Shown here in pieces: positions 1-8,602 of a stretch of 41,872 nucleotides of DNA. The notes below the pieces were generated by a model. That model was not told where the DNA came from and ran no database searches. It saw only the letters and a list, made by a program, of their open reading frames with translations. Source of the stretch: a virus (Duplodnaviria; Caudoviricetes); IMG/VR virus record IMGVR_UViG_3300023435_000005, positions 1 to 41,872 of that record. One strand, 5' to 3'. Position numbers and translations under genes: made by a program. How positions within the stretch are numbered: the first letter of the stretch is position 1; every line of letters starts with the position of its first letter.

Positions 1-127
1 AAAAGCTCGACGATTTTTTGAAACAAATTGAAGACGATGCAATGAATTTCGTTCCTGATATATCTACTGATAAGGGCCGGAAACAAATTGCATCAAAGGC
101 CCATACTATTGCAAAGGAGAAAACCGC
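1..127 (+). repeat. Terminal direct repeat, copy 1 (assembly circularisation overlap)
   Basis: Bases 1-127 are identical to 41746-41872; 127 is a common assembler k-mer length. Confidence 0.9.
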
Positions 128-613
128 AATTGACAAAGTGGGAAAAGAACTTGTTGCTGACTGGAAAAACAAAGCGGCTTTAGTAGACCAGAGCCGGAAA
201 AAGAGCCGGGAGTTCTTAGAAGATTTAAAGGACCGTGTTCGTAAACCGCTGACCACTTGGGAAGCTGAAGACCTTGCGCGGATTACAGCAGAAGAAGAAC
301 TGAAAGAACTTCTTGAAGCTTGGGAAGATGCTTTAAAAGAAGATGAATTATTTGACCGGCAGAAAGAAGTCGAGCGCAAGCTAAAAAAGGAGAAGCCGAC
401 AAGCAGGCAAGATTCCAGCGCGAAAAGGAAATAAAGGAAGAGCTGGAAAGGGTAGAAGCAGAGAAGAAAGCGGCTAATCTTCAACATCAGAAAACAATAA
501 ACAATGCTGTGCTGGCTGATTTTGTTAAGGCTGGAATAAAAGAACCTGAAGCTAAAAACATAATTAATCTAATTGGGAAAAGTAAAATCAGATATGTTTC
601 AATAAACTATTAG
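1..613 (+). CDS. Conserved phage coiled-coil protein (often mis-annotated TolA-like); 3' part of a gene starting at 41688/41691, split by a -1 frameshift at 383-389
   Basis: Motifs PDISTDKGRKQIASKA and KDRVRKPLTTWE; zero frame stops at 434; the -1 frame continues ...ANLQHQKTINNAVLADFVKAG...YVSINY to TAG at 611-613. Confidence 0.75.
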
Positions 614-621
614 GAGCAATT

Positions 622-1125
622 ATGGAAAAAGTAACTTTGTATGAAATCAATGAGCAGTTAGACGAATTAATGAATAGGGCCATTGATCAAGAAACCGGCG
701 AATTGTTGCCGGAGTTTGAAGCCGAGTTTGATAAGCTTTCTGAGCTAAGAGAAAAGAAGCAGTTAAGCGTTGGGCTGTATATTAAAAATCTTACATCATT
801 TATTGGTGCTGTCAAGACTGAAGAGAAATCACTTGCCGAACGTAGAAAAATTGCAGAGAATCATCTCGCCAGGCTTAAAGATTATCTGTCGAAAAGTCTT
901 GATGGTGAGACAATCAAAGTACCGCAATTATCTGTGACGTATCGCAAGTCTCAAAAGCTTGAAGAAACAGAAGATTTTGACATGGATTTAATTGAGAATA
1001 ACTTTCCGCATTTAATACGTATCAAAAGGGAGCTTGATAAAGCAAAAGCAAAGGCAGAGATCAAGGGCGGTATTGGAATTAGGGGATTGGAATTGAATGA
1101 CTATCAGAACATCCAAATAAAGTAG
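622..1125 (+). CDS. Siphovirus Gp157-family protein
   Basis: TLYEI N-terminus, EEKSLAERRK...RLKDYL, YRKS, LDKAKAK, NIQIK C-terminus; RBS GGAG. Confidence 0.85.
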   Translation: MEKVTLYEINEQLDELMNRAIDQETGELLPEFEAEFDKLSELREKKQLSVGLYIKNLTSFIGAVKTEEKSLAERRKIAENHLARLKDYLSKSLDGETIKVPQLSVTYRKSQKLEETEDFDMDLIENNFPHLIRIKRELDKAKAKAEIKGGIGIRGLELNDYQNIQIK

Positions 1126-1135
1126 GGCGGAAAAA

Positions 1136-1303
1136 ATGAATTTATACGAGCCTGAAGATGTTTATATGGTGCGCTGTAGTGGTTGCGGTGAGTGGATAGA
1201 TAAACGCACCTCAAATCAAGCAGACGATGACAAGGGGAATTTATTTGATCTTTGTGAAAAATGTTATATAGAACATACAATAGGAGAAAAACATGAGCAA
1301 TGA
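1136..1303 (+). CDS. Small zinc-ribbon protein, 55 aa (not in ORF track)
   Basis: MNLYEPEDVYMVRCSGCGEW...DLCEKCYIEH; two CxxC motifs; fills the gap between genes. Confidence 0.65.
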   Translation: MNLYEPEDVYMVRCSGCGEWIDKRTSNQADDDKGNLFDLCEKCYIEHTIGEKHEQ

Positions 1304-1922
1304 AAATTTTTTATCACCAATAACTAAATGTATGTGGGCGCATCTGCAAAAGCCAAACGTTTCCAATACCGGAGAATACAGAGACAGTTATCAGGTTACG
1401 CTGGTGCTTAATCCTAAAGAAGACGACAATAAAACACTGCTGACCCTGATAAAAAATCTTCATATTCAGTCTGGCAGCAAGGTAGAGTTGGGGATGGCAA
1501 AGCATCCAATCAAAATACACAAAGATGAAGATGGTAATAACACAGAATTGTTTGAGGTCCGCTTTAAAACAGAGTATGGCCCGGTTCCAACATTTGATGC
1601 AAAGGGAAAGCCGATCATCCGCGATAAAAATTTTATTGCGAACGATTCAACGGTAAGGATAAGCTATTCATACGGCTTTTATAAGCAGGGCGGCGGCGGC
1701 GTGTCATTGTATCTCAATTCTGTACAGGTAATAGATTTGATCGAATGGCAGGGCGGAACAGCCGAAGACTATGGATTCTTAGAAGAAGATGGATATTCTG
1801 AATTCTTGGTTTCGCCGGAAGATGCAAAGAAAACATTTGAAGAAGAAAATCCTGCAAATCTGCCGCCGCAAGCACAAATGCCTGATAGTTCACCGCCAGA
1901 CGATGACGGCGTTCCATTTTGA
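1293..1922 (+). CDS. Single-stranded DNA-binding protein, T7 gp2.5/DUF2815-like
   Basis: WAHLQKP, GVSLYLNSVQVIDL, acidic tail ending DDDGVPF. Confidence 0.85.
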   Translation: MSNENFLSPITKCMWAHLQKPNVSNTGEYRDSYQVTLVLNPKEDDNKTLLTLIKNLHIQSGSKVELGMAKHPIKIHKDEDGNNTELFEVRFKTEYGPVPTFDAKGKPIIRDKNFIANDSTVRISYSYGFYKQGGGGVSLYLNSVQVIDLIEWQGGTAEDYGFLEEDGYSEFLVSPEDAKKTFEEENPANLPPQAQMPDSSPPDDDGVPF

Positions 1923-2089
1923 AAGAATTTAATCAAATAACATTCGAAGAGTTTTGCAAGCAGTGTATTTATCGAATGAAAACAGATTGCTTGTTGCTTG
2001 ACGGCCCTTGTGAATATGGACATAAAAAATGCTCACTTACCGAGCGCAAGAAGCACATTAAAGACGATAACCAGGGAGAATTATTTTGA
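1919..2089 (+). CDS. Small Cys-rich protein, 56 aa, TTG start (not in ORF track)
   Basis: FCKQC...DC...PC...KC; overlaps both neighbours by 4 nt; ends QGELF (clamp-binding-like motif). Confidence 0.55.
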   Translation: MKEFNQITFEEFCKQCIYRMKTDCLLLDGPCEYGHKKCSLTERKKHIKDDNQGELF

Positions 2090-2295
2090 TAGATCATCCA
2101 AAAACATTAGAAGATGCAAAAAAATATAAATATTATCAGTGGGCCGGAAATGAAAAGGGCTGGAAATACAGAGACGGTGATTGTGCCTATGAGGTATATG
2201 CTTTAAACGGCTGGGGATCATATCAATGTTCTCGTAAAAACGGACACGGGCCAGGCGGATTATATTGTAAACAACATGGGAGAATGTTAAAATAG
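2086..2295 (+). CDS. Small Cys/His phage protein
   Basis: C...QCSRKNGHGPGGLYCKQH; RBS GGAG; coupled to neighbours. Confidence 0.65.
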   Translation: MIDHPKTLEDAKKYKYYQWAGNEKGWKYRDGDCAYEVYALNGWGSYQCSRKNGHGPGGLYCKQHGRMLK

Positions 2296-2711
2296 TGGAA
2301 GTCTATTTTATCAAAATTGAAAAAGGCATTGTTCCTGCTTGTGATAGTGATTATGATGCAATGAAACGATTCAAGAATGGAGAACCCATAAAGGCCATTA
2401 TCACCAAGCCCAGAAACTATGAATTTCACAAGAAGTTCTTTGCCCTTATAAGATGCATACATCACAATCTGCCTGAATCATGGGGCAAATGTTCTGAAAA
2501 CAGCTTTAGAAAAGTTATTACAATGAGGGCCGGCTTTTTCAATGTAGTTAAAACTGATCGCGGAGAATGGCAGGAACCCGTCTCAATATCCTTTGCAAAC
2601 ATGGATAATCTTGAATTTGAAGAAGTCTATAACAAGGTGCTGGATGAATGTTTAAAGATAATTCCTTTTGACAGGCAGGATTTAGAAAAAGAATTGATTG
2701 AATTTATGTAA
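2295..2711 (+). CDS. DUF1367-family (NinB/YbcN-related) protein
   Basis: PRNYEFHKKFFAL, SISFANMDNLEFEEVY. Confidence 0.8.
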   Translation: MEVYFIKIEKGIVPACDSDYDAMKRFKNGEPIKAIITKPRNYEFHKKFFALIRCIHHNLPESWGKCSENSFRKVITMRAGFFNVVKTDRGEWQEPVSISFANMDNLEFEEVYNKVLDECLKIIPFDRQDLEKELIEFM

Positions 2712-2761
2712 CACGATCCCCGGAGCATAATTGTGTGGCTTGGCTTCGGGGATTTATATAA

Positions 2762-3577
2762 TTGAAAAGGAAATATATATTTATGCTTATTAATGACCAC
2801 TATCAAAATTTCAAATCTTATGGTATTCCAAAGGCTCAATTAGTTATAGCTGATATCCCTTATAATATTGGAGTAAATGCTTATGGCTCAAATCCTTCAT
2901 GGTATGTGGATGGTGATAATAAAAAAGGCGAAAGTAATCTTGCCGGGAAAGAGTTTTTTGATACTGACAAGGATTTTAGGCCGGCAGAATTTATGCATTT
3001 TTGTAGTAAGATGATGAGAAAAGAACCGAAACAAAAAAACATGGCTCCGTCAATGATTGTATTTTGTGGGTTTGAACAGCAGTTTTATTTGATCGAACTT
3101 GCCAAAAGGTACGGGATAAATGGCTATATAAACTTAGTGTTTAGGAAAAACTTTTCTGCACAAGTATTAAAAGCAAATATGCGGATTGTCGGAAACGCAG
3201 AATATGGATTATTGTTTTACCGGGACAAATTGCCAAAATTCAGAAATAATGGAAAAATGGTTTTCAACATTATGGAAGTTGAAAGAGATACGAAGTCCCC
3301 CAAAATACATCCGACTCAAAAATCAATAAAATTACTAAAAAAGCTAATAAGTATTTTAACAGATGAGGGTGATATTGTTATTGATCCAGTGGCCGGAAGC
3401 GGGTCCAGTTTGGTTGCTGCCATTGAAATGAATCGCAAAGCATACGGATTTGAAATAAAGAAAGACTTTTTTAAGGAAGCGGACAGCTGGGTAAAAAGAG
3501 TTGAAAGCCAAACAAATTTGTTTAAACCATCCGGCAAACAGGGATATAAAAACAAACAAAAAACTTTAAAACTATAA
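2762..3577 (+). CDS. DNA N6-adenine/N4-cytosine methyltransferase (beta class); true start may be ATG at 2783
   Basis: Catalytic DIPY before HPTQK and the SAM-binding DPVAGSGS; GFEIKK. Confidence 0.9.
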   Translation: MKRKYIFMLINDHYQNFKSYGIPKAQLVIADIPYNIGVNAYGSNPSWYVDGDNKKGESNLAGKEFFDTDKDFRPAEFMHFCSKMMRKEPKQKNMAPSMIVFCGFEQQFYLIELAKRYGINGYINLVFRKNFSAQVLKANMRIVGNAEYGLLFYRDKLPKFRNNGKMVFNIMEVERDTKSPKIHPTQKSIKLLKKLISILTDEGDIVIDPVAGSGSSLVAAIEMNRKAYGFEIKKDFFKEADSWVKRVESQTNLFKPSGKQGYKNKQKTLKL

Positions 3578-3776
3578 AAAACCCACTTAACAAGGAGGCA
3601 TAAAATGCAAGTAACGAAAGAATAAATCAACAGAAAGGGGCCGGATGAAGAGTTAAGTATCTATTTGCACCGAAGCTAATCCCCGGCAATAAAAGAATAT
3701 TAATTAAATCCAGATTTAAAAAATAAGCTTTTTCGTTAATGCCGGGGATTTTTAAAAAACAAATTAAGGGGTAATA

Positions 3777-4478
3777 ATGCCAACAAAAATAGAGTGGACA
3801 GACGACACATGGAACCCTGTATGGGGATGTTTGAATAATTGCAAATACTGTTATGCCAGGAAGATTGCAAAGCGGTTCGGGCAAGGTATTTATGATAAAG
3901 AATTTATTAACTCTATGGGCATGGATGAATTAGAAGGATTAAAAACATTCAAGCCTACCTGGATTGAATCTAATTTCAAAAAGAAGTTTCCAAAGAAGCC
4001 TAAACGAATCTTTGTTAACTCTATGAGCGATATTAATTATTGGTCAGCATCTTGGATGAGCCGTGTATTAAGGAGAATCGCAAAGAATCGAAATCATACT
4101 TTCCAGTTTCTCACTAAATTTCCTGAAGTATATCTGAAATACGACTGGCCCGAAAACTGCTGGCTTGGGGTGACCGTGACGAGTAACGATGATATTGAGA
4201 AAGCCTATAAATTGGAAAATATGGATATTCCTAATCTGAAATTTATTTCTGTAGAGCCAATACTCGACAATTGGGTTTTGATGATACCTACAATAAATCT
4301 AATATCTGATTGGATTATATTGGGGTTGGAAACAAATAATCGAAATGCTTTTATGCCCGATCTTGATAAAGTCGAAGCTTTAGTTTCTGACGCTAAATTG
4401 TCTGGAATTCCAATCTACATGAAAGGCTCAATGTCAAAAGTCTGGCCGGGTGAATTAATACAGGAGTTTCCAAGATGA
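3777..4478 (+). CDS. DUF5131 / phage Gp37-Gp68 radical-SAM-like protein
   Basis: TKIEWTDDTWNPVWGC, CxxxCxxC (CLNNCKYC), FVNSMSD, FQFLTK, WLGVTV, FISVEP. Confidence 0.9.
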   Translation: MPTKIEWTDDTWNPVWGCLNNCKYCYARKIAKRFGQGIYDKEFINSMGMDELEGLKTFKPTWIESNFKKKFPKKPKRIFVNSMSDINYWSASWMSRVLRRIAKNRNHTFQFLTKFPEVYLKYDWPENCWLGVTVTSNDDIEKAYKLENMDIPNLKFISVEPILDNWVLMIPTINLISDWIILGLETNNRNAFMPDLDKVEALVSDAKLSGIPIYMKGSMSKVWPGELIQEFPR

Positions 4479-4687
4479 GTAAAAATAGAAGTGACCATCT
4501 CTGCTGGTGTCCGGTATGTTGTTATAAATGGCAAAAGGAAAATACAACAACCAATAGCAGAAACGAGCGATTTATTCACATGGGGACCTGGGCATCACCC
4601 GGAACATCGGTAAGAAAAAAATGCCATATTTGTAAACCAGTTAAAGATATTGGAAAACAAATCTGTAAAGACTTGGGGATAATATGA
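4475..4687 (+). CDS. Small zinc-finger-like protein
   Basis: CPVC...CHIC; coupled overlaps with neighbours. Confidence 0.6.
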   Translation: MSKNRSDHLCWCPVCCYKWQKENTTTNSRNERFIHMGTWASPGTSVRKKCHICKPVKDIGKQICKDLGII

Positions 4688-5109
4688 ACAAATCATTCAT
4701 GGTAGATTCACCGATAGGGCTTTTGTTATTTCCTAAACACAAAGACCCTAAAAAAAGATTTCATTCATTAAATCTGAATGTCTATCGAAATATGCATTGG
4801 TCAAAACTCGGCCCTGCTAAAAAATTATACGGCGATATCATGATCCCGGCATTAATGAGATCTGATTCTCACCTGGAGCGCTTTGAACAAATCAATATTG
4901 AATATCAGATAATAGCATGTAACAACAGGGCATTCGACACTATGAATATTATATCCGTTGTAGACAAATATTTTCAGGATGTTTTATCTCATGCTGGCAT
5001 TATCAAGGATGACAATTGGAAGATAGTGAAAAAGATTACGGTGCTGCCGGTGATTGTAGATAAAGAATTGCCTGAGACTATTTGTAGAATAAGGGTGATT
5101 GAGGTCTGA
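4684..5109 (+). CDS. RusA-like Holliday junction resolvase
   Basis: LNLNVYRN, FDTMNI...KYFQDVL...GIIKDDNW acidic-triad pattern. Confidence 0.8.
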   Translation: MNKSFMVDSPIGLLLFPKHKDPKKRFHSLNLNVYRNMHWSKLGPAKKLYGDIMIPALMRSDSHLERFEQINIEYQIIACNNRAFDTMNIISVVDKYFQDVLSHAGIIKDDNWKIVKKITVLPVIVDKELPETICRIRVIEV

Positions 5110-5110
5110 T

Positions 5111-5141
5111 AAAAAAGAAGCCCGGTGGGTAAAGCCGGGCT
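5111..5141 (-). terminator. Intrinsic terminator ending the late operon at the convergence point
   Basis: Minus strand AGCCCGG-loop-CCGGGCT followed by TCTTTTTT. Confidence 0.75.
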
Positions 5142-5153
5142 GCTGACGGTAGG

Positions 5154-5543
5154 CTATTTGGGAAGTCTGCTTAAAATATTGTCAAGTTTACCATCAAGGT
5201 TTTTAAGCTGCGTTTTAATCAACTCTTTATTGTATACCTTGTAATTCTCAAACTCTTTTGCGTGTGATATAAAATTCCGCTGGTTGTCTCTAATATCAGT
5301 TTTATTAATAGTAATCTCAGATTCATTCTTTTCAGACAAAACTTTATTCTCATTTACAAATTGATTCAGGCCGCTTGTGGATGCATTGCCATCCGTAGTT
5401 ATATGGAATTGACCAGTCATAAATGCAATTATAATAAAACCAATAACAGTTGACAGAACCGCCGTAACTATTTTACCCCAATCTAACCTACGTTTAAAAT
5501 TGACTTCATCACCATTGTCTGATTCACGTCTGCGTTTAGGCAT
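5154..5543 (-). CDS. Single-TM coiled-coil membrane protein (holin/spanin-like position)
   Basis: TM IVTAVLSTVIGFIIIAFM; C-terminal LKNLDGKLDNIL. Confidence 0.6.
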   Translation of the reverse strand: MPKRRRESDNGDEVNFKRRLDWGKIVTAVLSTVIGFIIIAFMTGQFHITTDGNASTSGLNQFVNENKVLSEKNESEITINKTDIRDNQRNFISHAKEFENYKVYNKELIKTQLKNLDGKLDNILSRLPK

Positions 5544-5821
5544 TATTTATATTTCCTATTATAGTACCGATTTCCGATCCACTTAATGGCCCGGCCAAGA
5601 GCAATGAACAAAAGGGCCAGCTTCTTATCGTCAATCACAGAACCAATCTTTTCTATATTGTCAGCGTACTTAAATATATAATACGGCAGGGCTTTTAAAA
5701 GCGTTTCTCTGCCGTTTTCTGTTTTGGGCATAGGAAGCATAGCCACAGGAGTCAAGTCATTCCTATGGCTGTTTATTAAAGGCTCAAGCGGCTCTATATA
5801 GTCAGGCTGGATTGGTTTCAT
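5543..5821 (-). CDS. Hypothetical protein (lysis-region position)
   Basis: Coupled ORF; amphipathic C-terminus. Confidence 0.6.
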   Translation of the reverse strand: MKPIQPDYIEPLEPLINSHRNDLTPVAMLPMPKTENGRETLLKALPYYIFKYADNIEKIGSVIDDKKLALLFIALGRAIKWIGNRYYNRKYK

Positions 5822-6066
5822 TTCTTGGGCTTTCCCTTAAAAGCATCCTTGCCGCTATTAATCATTAAGAGTATTTTGTTTGCAAATGAAATCTTCTCGG
5901 GGTCCGTAACCTTGCCATCTTTCTGTATTTCTTCATACTCAATATAGGAATCGCCGATACTCTTGGCAAACCTAACATACGGGAGCCAGTTCTTCATTTT
6001 GAAAGCAACCAGTATAAGCAGCAGACCCTCGAAAAGTGGAACCCAATTTGTTAAAAACCAATCCAT
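5818..6066 (-). CDS. Holin-like small membrane protein
   Basis: MDWFLTNW plus a hydrophobic helix, basic tail; RBS GAGGTG. Confidence 0.6.
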   Translation of the reverse strand: MDWFLTNWVPLFEGLLLILVAFKMKNWLPYVRFAKSIGDSYIEYEEIQKDGKVTDPEKISFANKILLMINSGKDAFKGKPKK

Positions 6067-6093
6067 CTTGTCACCTCTTTAATTAATTAAACA

Positions 6094-6423
6094 TCATTTA
6101 TCAACAGCAATAATTACTACGCTGTCTCTCATAAATTCAGGGACGTTATATTTCCCCAAACTATTTCCAGTACTGTCGTACATATAAATATCAATCCCAT
6201 CTACAGAAATAGAATCCGCATACTTGCCGTGCCGAAAATCCTTGAACTGAGAATGAACATAGTAGACCTGGCTATCTCCCTTCGGAGGTATTACAATTTT
6301 ATCAGGCTTGCAACTATAAAAAAATAGCACCATTAAACAGAATATTATAAACCCGCTAAATATTAAATCCCGCTTTAAACCTTTATCCAGACCAAAAACG
6401 CTTCTGCTCATACCACCACCCAA
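6094..6423 (-). CDS. Predicted lipoprotein (start probably 6411)
   Basis: Hydrophobic stretch ending in lipobox-like FFYS-C. Confidence 0.6.
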   Translation of the reverse strand: MGGGMSRSVFGLDKGLKRDLIFSGFIIFCLMVLFFYSCKPDKIVIPPKGDSQVYYVHSQFKDFRHGKYADSISVDGIDIYMYDSTGNSLGKYNVPEFMRDSVVIIAVDK

Positions 6424-6785
6424 ATTAAATTACAAATTAATCCTGTTAAATAATAAGTCCATCTAAACCTGAATACTCTCTTTCCAAACAACGTAAACCA
6501 TGTATTCCATCCAAGCCGCCCTCGGTATGCCAATTTTATCAGGTAATAAAAATGATCCTCGTTCCAGACACCTAATAGCCCTATTAAGTAAATCCATCCA
6601 TAAACATAAGACAAAACCAGCACTAAAACAACGTAGGGAGCGTTTACAATTAAGCCCCACGTCTTCCCCTTCTTGTATCTTGGAAGTTTATTATAGTCTT
6701 CATCTGTCCGGATCCCCTTGCCCTTTAAATTCCAATCTGCCAAAGTAGTCAGGAATTGAGCTGTTAAAAATACTAAATACATCAA
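6408..6785 (-). CDS. Multi-pass membrane protein
   Basis: Three to four hydrophobic segments; WNEDHFYY. Confidence 0.65.
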   Translation of the reverse strand: MMYLVFLTAQFLTTLADWNLKGKGIRTDEDYNKLPRYKKGKTWGLIVNAPYVVLVLVLSYVYGWIYLIGLLGVWNEDHFYYLIKLAYRGRLGWNTWFTLFGKRVFRFRWTYYLTGLICNLIWVVV

Positions 6786-8302
6786 AACGTCCCGAAGCCG
6801 CCAGGCTTTAAATAACCGCCATAGCCTGATTCATTCCTTGTCTTTTGGTTCCCCGACAACGGCCCTAAATAGCTCCAAAGCGCATCTACCTGATTAAATT
6901 CCCATGCTTCAAAATAGTAAGTTGTCCACGGCTTTAACCCAGAGAGAGTAAAACTGGCTCCAGTCCCCTTGTAAACTCCGTAACTCAAACTTCCCAAATC
7001 TTCTCCATTTTTAAAAGTGCTTGAAACAGAATATTGTGTATCATCGCTCGGATTACTCGGCGCACTTTCTTCCTTGCAGACGACCAAAATAGAATCGCCA
7101 TCACCCCTGGTCCACGATACTTTCATAGTATGATTTCCAATCGAGTTGAATACAAAGCTCGTCGGGGCCGTTGCCGGAGGGGCCTGCACTTCAGTTATAA
7201 CCACATTGTCTATAAACGTAGTTGCTGCTCTTGCTATCGTTGCAACCGTTGTATAAGTCCCCGAGGCTCCGTATTTGGCGATTAAATTAGTACCTGAAAT
7301 CTCGAACAATAATGAATCGCTGGAAAAGTTATCTGCAAAGGTATAGCTTCTTGATGTCCACGTACCGCCTGCGACCGAATCAATCCAGGTCATTTGCCAT
7401 TGATAACCAGCGGTCTGGGTTGTGTTGGCAATATTCTTGGCAATCGTTCCAGTGATCCCCTGGTTAAATCCAAGTGCCGCATCTCTTAATACACCGCCCG
7501 CATATGAAGTCCAGCCTTGAGCAAGATAGGCTTCTTTTATATCCTGTAAACTTAAAAGACTTTTAATGAATCTAATTTCAGCTATTGTTCCATCAAAAAA
7601 ACGATTGCCAGCCCAGCCCTCTCCAATAAATAAATCCTGACTTGAGACAATATTAGATGAAAAACTACTATAATTGGTATCAGCTACGGCAATGCCATCT
7701 ACATATAAAGTTGTCATTGTATTATAATCCATCGTTATTGCAAGATAGTGCCAGCTTCCATTAGCTATTGTTGTCCCCATGTCTGTGTCTGGTTTAATAG
7801 CTACGGCATGGTTTCCACTGTCTTCAATCCTAACAAGAAAACCATTCCCATTTATACCCCCTCGTAAATAAAAAGCAAAGCCAGAACCATTACCAAGTTG
7901 ATTACCTATAATACCGTATTGATTGGCATCACCTGTTAAAGTTGCGCTCGTCTTAATCCACGCTTCGCAACTCCAATCCCCTTGATTTGAATTAAAATCT
8001 GTTGCACTTGCCTGGAGCAGAGAGTCCCACTCGGTAGACCCGTCAAACGTTAACGCTAAACTATCTTTTTGTATTGGGCTATCATCAGTAAGCTCATCTA
8101 CATAATTAACAGAAAAACCAGCAGAAGGTGATAGATCATTTGAATTACCACTTAAATCAACATGAGCATTTTCATTCTTGAAAATCCAATGACCAAGCCC
8201 AGTTGCATCTACTCTTGAAAAATTAGGAAATGAATCATTGATTACGGTCTGCTGACCAAGTAAAAGGATCGGTATTAATAAAAATAATAATAATTTTGTC
8301 AT
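6782..8302 (-). CDS. Signal-peptide LamG (concanavalin A-like) + fibronectin-III protein, putative receptor-binding appendage
   Basis: MTKLLLFLLIPILLLG|Q; WSCEAWIK, WHYLAIT, LYVDG, FFDGTIAEIR (LamG); SWTRGDG...SGLKPWTTYYF (Fn3). Confidence 0.85.
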   Translation of the reverse strand: MTKLLLFLLIPILLLGQQTVINDSFPNFSRVDATGLGHWIFKNENAHVDLSGNSNDLSPSAGFSVNYVDELTDDSPIQKDSLALTFDGSTEWDSLLQASATDFNSNQGDWSCEAWIKTSATLTGDANQYGIIGNQLGNGSGFAFYLRGGINGNGFLVRIEDSGNHAVAIKPDTDMGTTIANGSWHYLAITMDYNTMTTLYVDGIAVADTNYSSFSSNIVSSQDLFIGEGWAGNRFFDGTIAEIRFIKSLLSLQDIKEAYLAQGWTSYAGGVLRDAALGFNQGITGTIAKNIANTTQTAGYQWQMTWIDSVAGGTWTSRSYTFADNFSSDSLLFEISGTNLIAKYGASGTYTTVATIARAATTFIDNVVITEVQAPPATAPTSFVFNSIGNHTMKVSWTRGDGDSILVVCKEESAPSNPSDDTQYSVSSTFKNGEDLGSLSYGVYKGTGASFTLSGLKPWTTYYFEAWEFNQVDALWSYLGPLSGNQKTRNESGYGGYLKPGGFGTF

Positions 8303-8593
8303 CTAATTATCACTCCTTGAAATTTCAACCCAGGTTGTATCGCCGTTGGGCCAGGCCGGGGCGAGCAGCTTAAGCATCAACATATCATATCTTTCCGGCG
8401 TCCAGTTTACGCTGCCGTCTAAAAATATATTTTTACCATCTTTAACACCAACTGAATCGGCAAAGTCACCTAATGGTAAATAGGAACCAAGCTGGGTCGT
8501 TACCCATGATTTAGACGGGCCGCTCCCATAGCCTCCATACTGTGAAAACCCAAACGACAACATCAATAAAACAATTACAATTAATTTCTTCAT
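8303..8593 (-). CDS. Signal-peptide small protein with a tail-fibre-like C-terminal motif
   Basis: MKKLIVIVLLMLSFGFS|Q; KDGKNIFLDG...TWVEISRSDN. Confidence 0.7.
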   Translation of the reverse strand: MKKLIVIVLLMLSFGFSQYGGYGSGPSKSWVTTQLGSYLPLGDFADSVGVKDGKNIFLDGSVNWTPERYDMLMLKLLAPAWPNGDTTWVEISRSDN

Positions 8594-8602
8594 AATGTCT
8601 CC

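Noticed and set aside
6782-8302. Type IX secretion cargo
   Set aside because: The Fn3 resembles FCB secreted proteins, but no T9SS C-terminal sorting domain is present
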